Source of the DNA: Sedimentisphaerales bacterium
Lineage (GTDB): Bacteria > Planctomycetota > Phycisphaerae > Sedimentisphaerales > Anaerobacaceae
NCBI GenBank assembly: GCA_963708075.1
Contig: OY970194.1
Location: 4,992,001 to 5,056,000, forward strand
Length of the DNA stretch: 64,000 nt
Direction: 5' to 3'
Positions 29,346 to 39,051 of this stretch are shown here, in pieces; the first letter of the stretch is position 1; every line of letters starts with the position of its first letter. The notes below the pieces were generated by a model that was not told the DNA's origin, made no database searches, and was given only the letters and a program-made list of their open reading frames with translations. The position numbers and the translations under genes are program-made.

Positions 29346-29352
29346 CGATTCC

Positions 29353-30576
29353 CTAGAAAAGGCGCGCGTATTGCTGCGCCAGGACTTCGTATGCGTGCGT
29401 GCGCTGCACGTACTGCCGGCCTCGCTCGCCCATCACTTGAAGCTGGTCCCGGGACATCTGAACGATCCGACGAAGGACATCGGCCAAGGCCGGGGGGTCC
29501 TCGGCGGGGATGGAGAAGCCGCATCGGGCTTCGGCTACCTCATCGTGGATGGTGTCGATGGCGAAGACGACCGGCAGGCCCGCCGACATGTACTCGTAGA
29601 GCTTGTTCGGGCTGACGCCGTACTTGAACAGGCCCTTGCTTTGCAGGCCGATGTAGCCGACGTCCACCGCCCGCGTCAGCGCCGGCATCTGCGAGCGTGC
29701 GACGGGAGGCAGGAACGTGACGTTCTGCAGGCCGGCCGCTTGTGCCCGCTGCTGTAGCAACTCCTTCTCGGGCCCCTGGCCAACCAGCAGGAAATGAGCG
29801 TGCGGCTCGTCCTTCAAGAGCGCGGCCGCCTCGACGACATTGCCCAGGGCGTTGGCCACGCCATGGTTGCCACTGTAGAGGACGATCAGTCCGCCATTGT
29901 TTTTCAGACGCCGGATGACTCCGTCATGCTCGGCAGGTAGTCCCTCAATGGCCTGCGAGATGTGCGGGTCGATGCCGTTGGGGATATGGACGAACTTGCG
30001 CGCGTCCAGGCCGTGCGCGACCATGTAGTCCTTCGCGCCGCCGAGCAGAGAAACGGTGGTATCGCATCGCTCGTACCCGAGTCTCTCGGCCCAGGCCATG
30101 GCGCGGATAAGCGGATGTCGCAACGAATGTCCACCCAGCTCCAGGAGCGTCAGCGGCCACAGGTCCCGCACCTCGAAGATGAATTTCGCGCCGTACTTCC
30201 GCGCTAGCCGGTGTCCGTTAAGGGCGACGAACGGATGCGGCGAAGACGCAATGACCACGTCCGGCCGGGGCAGTTGTCCCAGCCCCCTCAGGGCCAGCCG
30301 CGAGGAGAACTCGACCATGTTGATGACGCGTCGCAAGTCGTTCTGCCCGTACCAGCACGCCTTGACCCAGAGGTAAGGCACCCCGTCGATCAGCGCGAAG
30401 CTTTCTCTGGGCGGCTTCATCAGCAGATGGTGAAACGACGCGCAAAGGATCGCCGGCCTCATGCCCATCTGCAGAAAATGCTGGGCGAGATAGTAGTGCC
30501 GATACTCCATCCCGTGAACCAGGCTGCCTGCGTAGTGGTTCACAATCCAGATGACTTTGCCGCTATTCGTGGACAT
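29353..30576 (-). CDS. Glycosyltransferase family 4 (WbuB-like)
   Basis: FEVRDLWP, IPNG, SPNKLYEYM. Confidence 0.92.
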   Translation of the reverse strand: MSTNSGKVIWIVNHYAGSLVHGMEYRHYYLAQHFLQMGMRPAILCASFHHLLMKPPRESFALIDGVPYLWVKACWYGQNDLRRVINMVEFSSRLALRGLGQLPRPDVVIASSPHPFVALNGHRLARKYGAKFIFEVRDLWPLTLLELGGHSLRHPLIRAMAWAERLGYERCDTTVSLLGGAKDYMVAHGLDARKFVHIPNGIDPHISQAIEGLPAEHDGVIRRLKNNGGLIVLYSGNHGVANALGNVVEAAALLKDEPHAHFLLVGQGPEKELLQQRAQAAGLQNVTFLPPVARSQMPALTRAVDVGYIGLQSKGLFKYGVSPNKLYEYMSAGLPVVFAIDTIHDEVAEARCGFSIPAEDPPALADVLRRIVQMSRDQLQVMGERGRQYVQRTHAYEVLAQQYARLF

Positions 30577-30613
30577 TGTATCTGCGGAAGAAATGATTCT
30601 CGCCGTAGCGCCA

Positions 30614-30692
30614 GGGTGCCATGTCTACGCTTGCGTAGACATGTTCCTCCGATGGTATGAGGCATGCTTACGCAAGCGTAAGCATGGCACCC
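30614..30692. repeat. REPIN-like family A copy 1
   Basis: GGGTGCCATGTCTACGCTTGCGTAGACATG-spacer-CATGCTTACGCAAGCGTAAGCATGGCACCC. Confidence 0.9.
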
Positions 30693-30730
30693 GACGAGCT
30701 GACCATGTTCATTCTCTGCAGCGCGCCGAC

Positions 30731-31831
30731 TTACTTCACGAACGCGAGGACCTGCTCGACGACGGCGTCCTGCATCGGCCGCGTCAGCTCAGGGTAGATC
30801 GGAAGCGCCAGGATTTCGGCGGCCGCCCGCTCGGACTCGGGGAAGTCGCCTCGCTTGTGATCCAGGTACGCGAAGCACTCCTGCAGGTGGGCCGGGACCG
30901 GGTAATAGATCTCGCAGCCGATCTTGTTGGCCTTGAGGTGCGCCACAAGCTCGTCGCGTCGCGTCACGCGGATGCAGTACTGGTTGTAGATCGTCCTGCA
31001 ATCGGGGCTGATCCAGGGCGTCTGCACGGCGGTGCCCGCGAACCGCTTGCTGTAATAGGCGGCGTTTCGGCGGCGGGCCTCGGACCAGTCGTCCAGATGC
31101 GGCAGTTTCACCAACAGGGCCGCGGCCTGGATCGGGTCGAGACGGAAGTTGCCGCCGACGTACTTGTGATAGTACTTCGGCTCGGAGCCGTGATTGCGCA
31201 TCATCATCAGCCGCTTGAAGAGCGGCTCATCGTTGGTGACGACCATGCCGCCGTCGCCGATGCCGCCGAGGTTCTTACTGGGGAAGAAGCTGAAGCACCC
31301 CACTGTGCCGATGCTGCCGGCCTTCTTGCCTTTATACGTGCTCGTGATGGACTGGGCGGCGTCCTCGATGACTGCCAGGTTGTGCCTGCGGGCCACCTCC
31401 ATGATCGGGTCCATGTCCGCCATCTGGCCGAACAGGTGCACCGGCATGATCGCCCGTGTACGTTTCGTCACCACGCCCTCGATCAGGTTCGGGTTGATGT
31501 TGTACGTTCGTGGATCGATATCGATCAGGATCGGCTTGGCCCCGGCGCGGGCGATGCAGCCGACCGTGGCGAAGAACGTGAACGGCGTCGTGATGACTTC
31601 GTCCCCGGGTCCGATGTCCAGGCTCATCAGACAGTTCAGAATGGCATCAGTGCCGCTCGACACGCCCACGGCGTACTTGCAGCCACTGGCCGCCGCGACC
31701 TGCTTTTCCAACTCGGCCACTTTCGGCCCGCCGATGCATTGCTGAGAATCCAGCACCTCGGCCACAGCCGCCATCACCTGATCCCGAATTGTTGCATACT
31801 GGCCCTTCAGATCCAGCAGGGGTACTTCCAT
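30731..31831 (-). CDS. DegT/DnrJ/EryC1/StrS PLP sugar aminotransferase
   Basis: SSGTDA, VHLFGQ, EDAAQS, FSFFPSKNLG, NFRLD. Confidence 0.95.
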   Translation of the reverse strand: MEVPLLDLKGQYATIRDQVMAAVAEVLDSQQCIGGPKVAELEKQVAAASGCKYAVGVSSGTDAILNCLMSLDIGPGDEVITTPFTFFATVGCIARAGAKPILIDIDPRTYNINPNLIEGVVTKRTRAIMPVHLFGQMADMDPIMEVARRHNLAVIEDAAQSITSTYKGKKAGSIGTVGCFSFFPSKNLGGIGDGGMVVTNDEPLFKRLMMMRNHGSEPKYYHKYVGGNFRLDPIQAAALLVKLPHLDDWSEARRRNAAYYSKRFAGTAVQTPWISPDCRTIYNQYCIRVTRRDELVAHLKANKIGCEIYYPVPAHLQECFAYLDHKRGDFPESERAAAEILALPIYPELTRPMQDAVVEQVLAFVK

Positions 31832-31907
31832 ATTACCTCCTTCAGTTCATGGTTTCCGAACCGCACCACTATACCCACCAAGCCCCCTCCAGGCAACTGA
31901 TTCAATA

Positions 31908-33152
31908 TCAGGTCCCATGATGGGCAGCAGCGTTTGCGAGGACACGTTCGAGGCGGTCGGCGAGGATGCGGCGGTCGAATTCCCGCTCAGCCAGGGCGCG
32001 GGCGTTTTGGCCCATCTGGCGGCACAGGTCCGGATGGTCCGCCAGTTCCTGCATCGCATCGGCCAGCGCTTCCGGGCGGTACGGGTCCAGCGACCGGCCG
32101 CACCGGTTCTGCTCGACCGTCTCGCCCAGCCAGCCCGGCACGTTGATCAGCACGGGTTTGCCCGCTGCCAGCGAGTCGAACATCTTGTTGGGCGACCACG
32201 TGTGCTCCCTGGCCGCCCGATAGATGGTCAGACATGCGTCGCAGCCGGCTACGAGTCGGGCGACTTCCTCCTTGTCCGCCACGAGGTCGCTGAACACCAC
32301 GTTCGTAAGACCATAGCTGCGTGCGAGGGATTCCAGTTCCGGCCGCTTGCCCCCGCTGCCATGGAGCACGAAGACAATGCCATTCCTCCCCCGCCCGGCC
32401 AGGATCTTCGCTGCCTCAATGACGTACTCCAGGCCGTTCGCCAGGCCCATCGCGCCAAAGTAGATGGCGGCGAACCGCTTGCCCAGGCCGAGTCTCTCCC
32501 GGGATGCACTGCCGTCCAGGTCCGGATGGAACAGGTCCAGGTCGCTGGCGTTCGGAATCACAGTCACCTTCTCTGCGGACGCGCCCACCCGCACGATGCC
32601 CTCTTTCATGCCGGGGGACAGGGCAACAATATGGTCTGCTTTTCGATAGATTGTGCGGGCCATTCGCCGGAGCCACCAGATCGCAACGGGGTTGCTCAGG
32701 GCCCCTACGTTGACCAGCGCCTCGGGCCAGAGGTCGCGCACTTCGAAGACGAAGGGGACATCGAAGTAATCGCTCAGGGCCGCTCCGGCCAGCCCGACGG
32801 TCAAGGGCGTGTGCGTGGCAAAGACGAGGTCCGGCCGGGGCAGGCGCTTGCCCGCCTGGGCCGCCGCCCGGGCAAACTCGTAGAACTTGAGCATGCGCCG
32901 CCAGCCGCCCAGGCTCGTGCCCATATTCGGATCGTTGTAGCCGCCGCGGACCGAGAGCACGTGGATGCCGTCGATCTCATATTCGCAGCAGGGCTCGCCC
33001 CGGCAGACGGGGAACTCGCTGTTGGCCAGCCCGGAGGTCAGCATGGTCACATCGTGACCTTTAGCCGCGAGATGCCGGCCGAACTCATACGACCGCGTCC
33101 CTGTCCGGCCCTTGCGGGAAGCGAAATACTGGTGGATATAGAATAGTCGCAT
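31908..33152 (-). CDS. Glycosyltransferase family 4 (WbuB-like)
   Basis: HQYF..GTRSYE, FEVRDLWPE, SPNKMFDSLAAG. Confidence 0.92.
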   Translation of the reverse strand: MRLFYIHQYFASRKGRTGTRSYEFGRHLAAKGHDVTMLTSGLANSEFPVCRGEPCCEYEIDGIHVLSVRGGYNDPNMGTSLGGWRRMLKFYEFARAAAQAGKRLPRPDLVFATHTPLTVGLAGAALSDYFDVPFVFEVRDLWPEALVNVGALSNPVAIWWLRRMARTIYRKADHIVALSPGMKEGIVRVGASAEKVTVIPNASDLDLFHPDLDGSASRERLGLGKRFAAIYFGAMGLANGLEYVIEAAKILAGRGRNGIVFVLHGSGGKRPELESLARSYGLTNVVFSDLVADKEEVARLVAGCDACLTIYRAAREHTWSPNKMFDSLAAGKPVLINVPGWLGETVEQNRCGRSLDPYRPEALADAMQELADHPDLCRQMGQNARALAEREFDRRILADRLERVLANAAAHHGT

Positions 33153-33215
33153 TTTATACGCCTCTTATGGCAGGCCCGACGATGGACACAATAGTCCCGT
33201 CATCGGCTCTGCGCC

Positions 33216-33308
33216 GGGTGGCAGCGGCAAGCGGAGCCTGCGGAACTTGCCGATGGGGTTTCGCAGGATGTGGGAGCCATCGCCAAGCTGCGCTTGCCGC
33301 TGCCACCC
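33216..33308. repeat. REPIN-like family B copy
   Basis: GGGTGGCAGCGGCAAGC...TTGCCGATGG...CCATCGCCAAGCTGCGCTTGCCGCTGCCACCC. Confidence 0.85.
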
Positions 33309-33402
33309 CGGCTTAGAGACTATCTCAAAACCGCACTCCGGCTTGTCATTGCGAGTCCCTGCGCCGCTGTGCGGCTGGTGTCGGGAAGAAACGAGATGGT
33401 TT

Positions 33403-33482
33403 GGGTGCCATGCTTACGCTTGCGTGAGCATGGCTTGCCCCCACCGAGAAGACATGTCTACGCAAACGTAGACATGGCACCC
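33403..33482. repeat. REPIN-like family A copy 2 (opposite orientation)
   Basis: GGGTGCCATGCTTACGCTTGCGTGAGCATG...CATGTCTACGCAAACGTAGACATGGCACCC. Confidence 0.9.
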
Positions 33483-33554
33483 GATGCGGTAGACAAGACT
33501 CCTCGACTATGGAGTGCAGTCACACACCAGGTCGGCCCCTGCGGCGGAAAGTGC

Positions 33555-33583
33555 TTGCCTGTTCCGGCGGCTCTTGGTATAAT
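33555..33583 (+). promoter_or_regulatory. Near-consensus sigma70 promoter
   Basis: TTGCCT-N17-TATAAT with extended TG. Confidence 0.65.
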
Positions 33584-33720
33584 TACGCACAGTGTTCGCC
33601 GGGGGCTTTAACGGAATTCTGCCTCTGGAGGAGGGGATTGCTGTAGGCATGGGCTTGGACGACTCTGCCGTGTACGCCGTATGGCTGCCCTGCCGTACGA
33701 GCCGGGGGATGGTCTGCTGT

Positions 33721-35076
33721 ATGACCAAATGGGTGGTTCTTCTACCGCGTCTGACTCTCTGCCTTGCTGCGCTGGTCACGGCAGCATCCGGCGCCCCCGT
33801 CTCGACTCAGACCAGCCGGGCAGCCTACGCGATGGTCCTGCCCAGCTTGAATCCCAACCTGCCCGCCTCGGCCGAGGAGAATCTGCCTCTGCTGCATCAA
33901 CGCTTGCTTATGGCCTTCGCCGGTGATTACGGGACGTATCTGATGGATCATCAGAGCAGGAACCTCGCTGACGGCATGACGGTTTACTACCTGCGGCAGG
34001 AACTCCAGGCCCTGACGGATATGTGGCGGGCCACCGGCAAGGACATGTACCTCGATTTCGCCGCCGACCTCAGCCTGCAGGCCATCCAGGCGGCTATCGA
34101 CAATCGCCGGCCACTGCTTCGATATGGGGAGTCCCGGGGCGACTGGCCCTGCTTTTATCTCGAATCCGTGCAGGCCCAGACGGGCGGCCACAGCCAACTT
34201 TGTGACTTCCAGGGTTGTGCCGGTTTTCTCAACGTCGCGTGCATCCTGCAGCAGCTCAACCGCCCTGAGTGGGAGCCAATCACTGACTTCGTGGAACACC
34301 AGGTCGTTGAGAAATGGCTCTATTATAAGCCCAGCATCACGTCCGCGGACATGAAGCTCGGTCCCAACTCCACCAAGAACCTCCTCGTGATCCTGAATGG
34401 CGCTCGCGACGTCCGCGAGCATTTCGCCTGCATCTGCCTGGACCTCCACAGCCTGGGGCGTCGCGACTACGCCTATGACGAATGGGCCAACCTGCTGATC
34501 GATCTGTACCTGACACTGCGGCACGATCCGAATCAGGTCGCTCCCCACTATAACGAGATGCCCGAACGCATCCCCGCCAACTGGGGCCTGTCCGTCCGCT
34601 CAACAGCGGATGGGCACATCTGGCTGGCCGTCCCGAACTATGATCCGGCCCGCTGGGACGAGCCGACGGACACTTCCCACGCGAATCGCGTCGCCTGGCT
34701 GGCTACCAAAGCCTACGCCGAAGGTCTTGTCAGGCCGGAGGTGATCACTGGTCTGGTCAACACGTTCCGCTATCAGATCTGGGCTCCCGACAAAGGACCC
34801 TTCTACTTCAACAACTTCGTGGACGGCAGCGACGGCGAGATGAACGGATTGTCGAGCGGCAGGGGCGGCAACGTCTGGTTCGGCTGGCACCGGCTCGCCG
34901 CTCACGACGACGGCCTCAGGACCCTGTTTCTCGACATGGCCTACGACCTCACCGCCGGAGGCCAGAACCTGCCCTACGGCGCCCAGAACAAATCCATGGT
35001 GAACGCCCAAACCTGCCTGGAGGCCTGGGCCGTACGCCTGCTCGCCGACGAAGGATATCCCTGGATCTTCCCCTGA
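33721..35076 (+). CDS. Secreted hypothetical protein, antisense within the polysaccharide locus
   Basis: Long ORF with signal peptide (MTKWVVLLPRLTLCLAALVTAASG), aromatic-rich helical body, DTSHANR motif; start uncertain (ORF open from 33592). Confidence 0.7.
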   Translation: MTKWVVLLPRLTLCLAALVTAASGAPVSTQTSRAAYAMVLPSLNPNLPASAEENLPLLHQRLLMAFAGDYGTYLMDHQSRNLADGMTVYYLRQELQALTDMWRATGKDMYLDFAADLSLQAIQAAIDNRRPLLRYGESRGDWPCFYLESVQAQTGGHSQLCDFQGCAGFLNVACILQQLNRPEWEPITDFVEHQVVEKWLYYKPSITSADMKLGPNSTKNLLVILNGARDVREHFACICLDLHSLGRRDYAYDEWANLLIDLYLTLRHDPNQVAPHYNEMPERIPANWGLSVRSTADGHIWLAVPNYDPARWDEPTDTSHANRVAWLATKAYAEGLVRPEVITGLVNTFRYQIWAPDKGPFYFNNFVDGSDGEMNGLSSGRGGNVWFGWHRLAAHDDGLRTLFLDMAYDLTAGGQNLPYGAQNKSMVNAQTCLEAWAVRLLADEGYPWIFP

Positions 35077-35083
35077 CCAGGAT

Positions 35084-35259
35084 CCATCGGCAAGCTGCAC
35101 TTGCCGCTGCCACCCGCCAAGGCTGATCTATTCGTTCAGACTAAACAGCCACGAAGGGGACAGTCCTGGGTGGCACGGGCAAACTCGTTTGCCCGTGGGG
35201 TTTCGAAGGGTCAGGCTCAATCGAATGAGCACCGTCAAACAAGTTTGGCGGTGCCACCC
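35084..35259. repeat. Half family-B REP plus a related REPIN
   Basis: CCATCGGCAAGCTGCACTTGCCGCTGCCACCC (35084-35115); GGGTGGCACGGGCAAAC...GTTTGGCGGTGCCACCC (35168-35259). Confidence 0.8.
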
Positions 35260-35281
35260 GGCCTGATGACACTGTGACTTC

Positions 35282-36412
35282 TCACGCACACTCTCGGTCG
35301 AGGCAGATGTGGTCGCCCTGATTGTATCCGGCGAGGACTTTGACGATTCGCTCGGCGGTTTTGCCGTCCCAGAGATCGGGCGTTTTGCCCGGCTTCCAGT
35401 GGCCGGAAAGAATCCGCCGTGACTTTTCCTCCACGGTATCGAGGTCCGCCAGCTCGTTCGTGCCCTCGCTGATCGTGATGGGACGCTCCGTGTTCGGACG
35501 CAACGTCAGACAGGGCAGTTTCAGGAACGTCGTTTCCTCCTGAATCCCTCCGGAATCCGTGAGAATGAACCGTGCGTTCTTCTCGAGTGTGATGAACTCG
35601 CGGTACCGGACCGGATCGACGATCTGGAACGCGGGTTGCAGCGCGATATCGATGCCGAAGGCCCCGATGTTCTTCTTCGTCCTCGGATGCATTGGGAAGA
35701 CCACCGGCGCCTCAGCGGCCAACGTGTTGAGGTACTTCAGGATTCGCCGCAGGCTGTGCGGCTCGTCCACGTTCGAGGGACGATGCAGAGTCACCAGCAC
35801 GTACTGGCCTTGGCGCAGGTTCCACCGCCGCAGGATCTCCAACTCCTGCTCCCGGCTGATCCGGCCCAGGATCGTCACGAGCGAATCGATCATGATATTG
35901 CCCACGAGATGAATCCGGTTCTTCCTCACCCCTTCCGTGATCAGGTTGGCGTCCCCGTCGGGCGAGGGCGTGAACAGCAGGTCTGAGATCGTATCCGTCA
36001 CCCGCCGGTTAATCTCCTCCGGCATGGTCTCATCGCGGCTGCGCAGACCCGCCTCCACGTGCGCCACGGGGACCAGCAGCTTCTTGGCGGTCAGGCTGCA
36101 GGCCAGCGTCGAATTGACGTCCCCGAAGACCACCACGAGGTCCGCGTGATCGCCGAGAAGGACCTTCTCGAATTCCACCATGATCCGCGCGGTTTGCTCG
36201 GCGTGGGAGCCGGAGCTTGTCCCCAGGAAATGGTGCGGCTCGGGCAGCTCCAGATCCTCGAAGAACGCCTGCGACATGGCGTAGTCGTAGTGCTGGCCCG
36301 TGTGCACGATGGTCGGCCGCAGGTTCCGCGTCCCGGCCAGCGCGAAGTACAGCGGGGCCATCTTCATGAAATTCGGCCGGGCGCCGACAATCAGAAATAT
36401 TTGCGACATCAA
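35282..36412 (-). CDS. wecB: UDP-N-acetylglucosamine 2-epimerase (non-hydrolysing)
   Basis: GARPNFMK, HTGQHYD, HVEAGLRS, PEEINR, TDSGGIQEE, TERP. Confidence 0.95.
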   Translation of the reverse strand: MMSQIFLIVGARPNFMKMAPLYFALAGTRNLRPTIVHTGQHYDYAMSQAFFEDLELPEPHHFLGTSSGSHAEQTARIMVEFEKVLLGDHADLVVVFGDVNSTLACSLTAKKLLVPVAHVEAGLRSRDETMPEEINRRVTDTISDLLFTPSPDGDANLITEGVRKNRIHLVGNIMIDSLVTILGRISREQELEILRRWNLRQGQYVLVTLHRPSNVDEPHSLRRILKYLNTLAAEAPVVFPMHPRTKKNIGAFGIDIALQPAFQIVDPVRYREFITLEKNARFILTDSGGIQEETTFLKLPCLTLRPNTERPITISEGTNELADLDTVEEKSRRILSGHWKPGKTPDLWDGKTAERIVKVLAGYNQGDHICLDRECA

Positions 36413-37566
36413 TCACCTCGTGACTTCCCGAGGACTTCATCATAGATCCTCAGGAGTTCTTTGCTTTCCGCCTCCCAGTTGTACTTCTCCAGTACGGCCC
36501 GGCGGCCGTTTTCGCCCATCCGCCGCGCCTCGTCCGGATGCTCGATCAGGTACTCCATCGCCCGCGCGATCTCCGGCGGCTTCGACGGATCGACAATCAG
36601 CCCGCAATGGCTCCCCTCCACCACCTCCCGATACAGCGGGAAGTTCGACGCGATCACCGGCAGACCCACCAGCATGTAGTCGAACAGCTTGTTCGGCAGA
36701 CAGCTCGTGTTATTCGAGTACGGCAGGTACGTGATCACGCCCATGGACGCCTGCGACGAGAGCTTCTCCTTCTCATCATACGGCACCCACGCGATGAACT
36801 CAACATTTGCCTCCAGGCCCAGCTTCTTCACCAGGTCCCGGACCTCGCCCTCGAACGAGGCCGGACTGTACGAGCCGACGAGGCACAGCTTCCAGCGGGG
36901 ATGCTTCTTGACGACCTCGGCAAGGGCCTGCACCACTTCGAGCAGCCCCCGGATTTTCGACATGCCGCCGAGATAGACGATCTTCTCCTGCGGCTGTCTG
37001 GGTGGCGTCCTGGACAACTCCATGATCGGGTAGTTCTCCACGCGGCCCGCGCGGACTTTCATCGTTCCATACCGGGCGCCGACGAGCGGAGTCGTATAAA
37101 TGACATAATCAAAGAAGCGGATCACCGCCCGCTCGAACAGGTCGAATGACCGGCTGATCAGCCGGCGCAGCGGCTTCGAAATGTAATACTTGTCCAGGAT
37201 GCTGTTCGGGTAGTGCTCGTGCGCATCCCAGATCACCTTCTTGCCGCGAAGCTTCAGGAGCAGGCCGACGATCATCAGCTCCGGATCGTGGAAATGATAG
37301 ACGTCGGCGTCCTCCTGCACCGCCAGCCGGTGCAGCCGCCGCATGACCTTCGCGACTCGCTCGATGCGATTCTTCGGCGCAGGCAGAGGCAGCACACGCA
37401 CCCCACCCACGACCTCCTCTTTCGTGTGCCGGGCGATCAGCGTGACGTCGTAGCCCGCCTTCGCCAGGCTCCTGGCCTCTTTATGGAAGATGCGTCCGTC
37501 AAAGGGCATGTGGACCGAGGTCAGCACACAGACCTTGCCGCGATGTTGCCTGGGTGCATCAGTCAT
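36409..37566 (-). CDS. Glycosyltransferase family 4
   Basis: DGRIFHKEARSL, HFHDPEL, PNKLFDYM. Confidence 0.92.
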   Translation of the reverse strand: MTDAPRQHRGKVCVLTSVHMPFDGRIFHKEARSLAKAGYDVTLIARHTKEEVVGGVRVLPLPAPKNRIERVAKVMRRLHRLAVQEDADVYHFHDPELMIVGLLLKLRGKKVIWDAHEHYPNSILDKYYISKPLRRLISRSFDLFERAVIRFFDYVIYTTPLVGARYGTMKVRAGRVENYPIMELSRTPPRQPQEKIVYLGGMSKIRGLLEVVQALAEVVKKHPRWKLCLVGSYSPASFEGEVRDLVKKLGLEANVEFIAWVPYDEKEKLSSQASMGVITYLPYSNNTSCLPNKLFDYMLVGLPVIASNFPLYREVVEGSHCGLIVDPSKPPEIARAMEYLIEHPDEARRMGENGRRAVLEKYNWEAESKELLRIYDEVLGKSRGD

Positions 37567-38800
37567 TCGCGACCTCGCTTGCCACAGGCGGCTTCACGAG
37601 CGACCACAGCACCTCCGCGAAGGCGCGGGCGTTGCGCTCGCTATCGAAGACGTTGCGGGCGCGAGCCAATCCATGCTGTCCCGCAGACTGCCGGAATCCT
37701 TCATCAACAATCATCCGCTCCATCGCCGCCTGGAGTTGGCTGGTGTCTCTCGCATCAACAAGCAGGCCGGTTCCGCCATCGATCACCGCTTCCGGCACGC
37801 CGCCCACTTTTGTCGCGACGATAGCCAGGCCGCAGTTCATCGCTTCCAAAACAGCCTGCGGCATCCCTTCGCTATAGGACGGCAAGACGAGAAAGTCCGA
37901 CCCCTGCAAGAAGAGCGGAACCCGCTCTGGTGCGATGCGGCCGGGCAGTACGACAGCACCATCCTGCCCAACGTGATCCCGCAGGGACAGAAGCCTGTCG
38001 CGCAAGGGCCCATCGCCAACGCATACAAGCTGAAAGTGCGAGTGCCTCCTGAGCACTGGCTCAGCGGCTGCCACCAGCTCCTCCATCCCCTTGGTTTCCA
38101 CCAACCCCCCGAGATAGATCGCCACAACATTATCCACGGGCCAGCCGAGTTGCTCGCGGATTCGGGCTCTATCCTGCGGCGGCGTGAACTCCGTCGCGTC
38201 TCGGCCCAGGTAGATGCACAATGGTTCGCGCTTGCACCGGCCCGTCTCGGCAAGACGTCTGCAGATGGATTGGCTGACCCCCACGGGCAGATCGACTCGT
38301 TCGAGCGTATCACAGAGCCGCCGCCACAGAGCCACCATCCGATCCGGGTACACCATCACGTCGCTGCCCACCGCCAGACTGACGACGGGCAAGCCAAGTG
38401 CGGAACCAATCTCTACAGCCGCCTCGGCGTCTGGGAGCATAGACACGCCCAGCACCAGATCGAATCGCTGCTCCTCATGCCAGCGACGGGCCGCCGGCAG
38501 CAGGGCATGGGCCATGAAACGCCCTTCGAATCGGCGAAAGCCGAAGCCCGGCGGCCGGAGGTACGGTACGGAACGGGCCTGAAATCCATCAGGCGAGGCT
38601 AAAGGATTCGCCGGCCCGTACGTGCGCCAGCGCGGAATACAGTGCAGCGGCCACGGCGCCCAGGGTCGAGGCACGAGAAATGAAAGCTCGATGCCGTACT
38701 TGCGCAGGCACTGCGCCTCGCGGCAGATGAAGACCCCATACTGCCCGGAGGCCGTCGTGGGGAACATGTGGCTGATCGCCAGTATGCGGGGATTGCTCAT
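37559..38800 (-). CDS. Glycosyltransferase family 4 (TuaC-like)
   Basis: GSDV, LPSYSEGMPQAVLEAM, VGGVPE. Confidence 0.9.
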   Translation of the reverse strand: MSNPRILAISHMFPTTASGQYGVFICREAQCLRKYGIELSFLVPRPWAPWPLHCIPRWRTYGPANPLASPDGFQARSVPYLRPPGFGFRRFEGRFMAHALLPAARRWHEEQRFDLVLGVSMLPDAEAAVEIGSALGLPVVSLAVGSDVMVYPDRMVALWRRLCDTLERVDLPVGVSQSICRRLAETGRCKREPLCIYLGRDATEFTPPQDRARIREQLGWPVDNVVAIYLGGLVETKGMEELVAAAEPVLRRHSHFQLVCVGDGPLRDRLLSLRDHVGQDGAVVLPGRIAPERVPLFLQGSDFLVLPSYSEGMPQAVLEAMNCGLAIVATKVGGVPEAVIDGGTGLLVDARDTSQLQAAMERMIVDEGFRQSAGQHGLARARNVFDSERNARAFAEVLWSLVKPPVASEVAND

Positions 38801-38902
38801 CGTGGTTCGCGGCTCATCGTTTTAGTCAGCCGCAGGGACGTAAGGGGCCAACAAGATGCAAAAGCAGGGCAAAGGCAAAGTGGCTTGACAGATCACATCC
38901 AT

Positions 38903-38978
38903 GTCATTGTGAGGAGCGTAGCGACGAAGCAATCTCGACTCTCAGCATGGGAGATTGCTTCGCTTCGCTCGCAATGAC
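38903..38978. repeat. Palindromic element (GTCATTG...CAATGAC)
   Basis: GTCATTGTGAGGAGCGTAGCGACGAAGCAATCTC ... GAGATTGCTTCGCTTCGCTCGCAATGAC. Confidence 0.8.
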
Positions 38979-39051
38979 CTATGGGGCACTGCCACGGAGC
39001 GACTTTGCGTTTGTCTTGGACACAAAGGACGCGCGATCCTTTGTCTTACGG

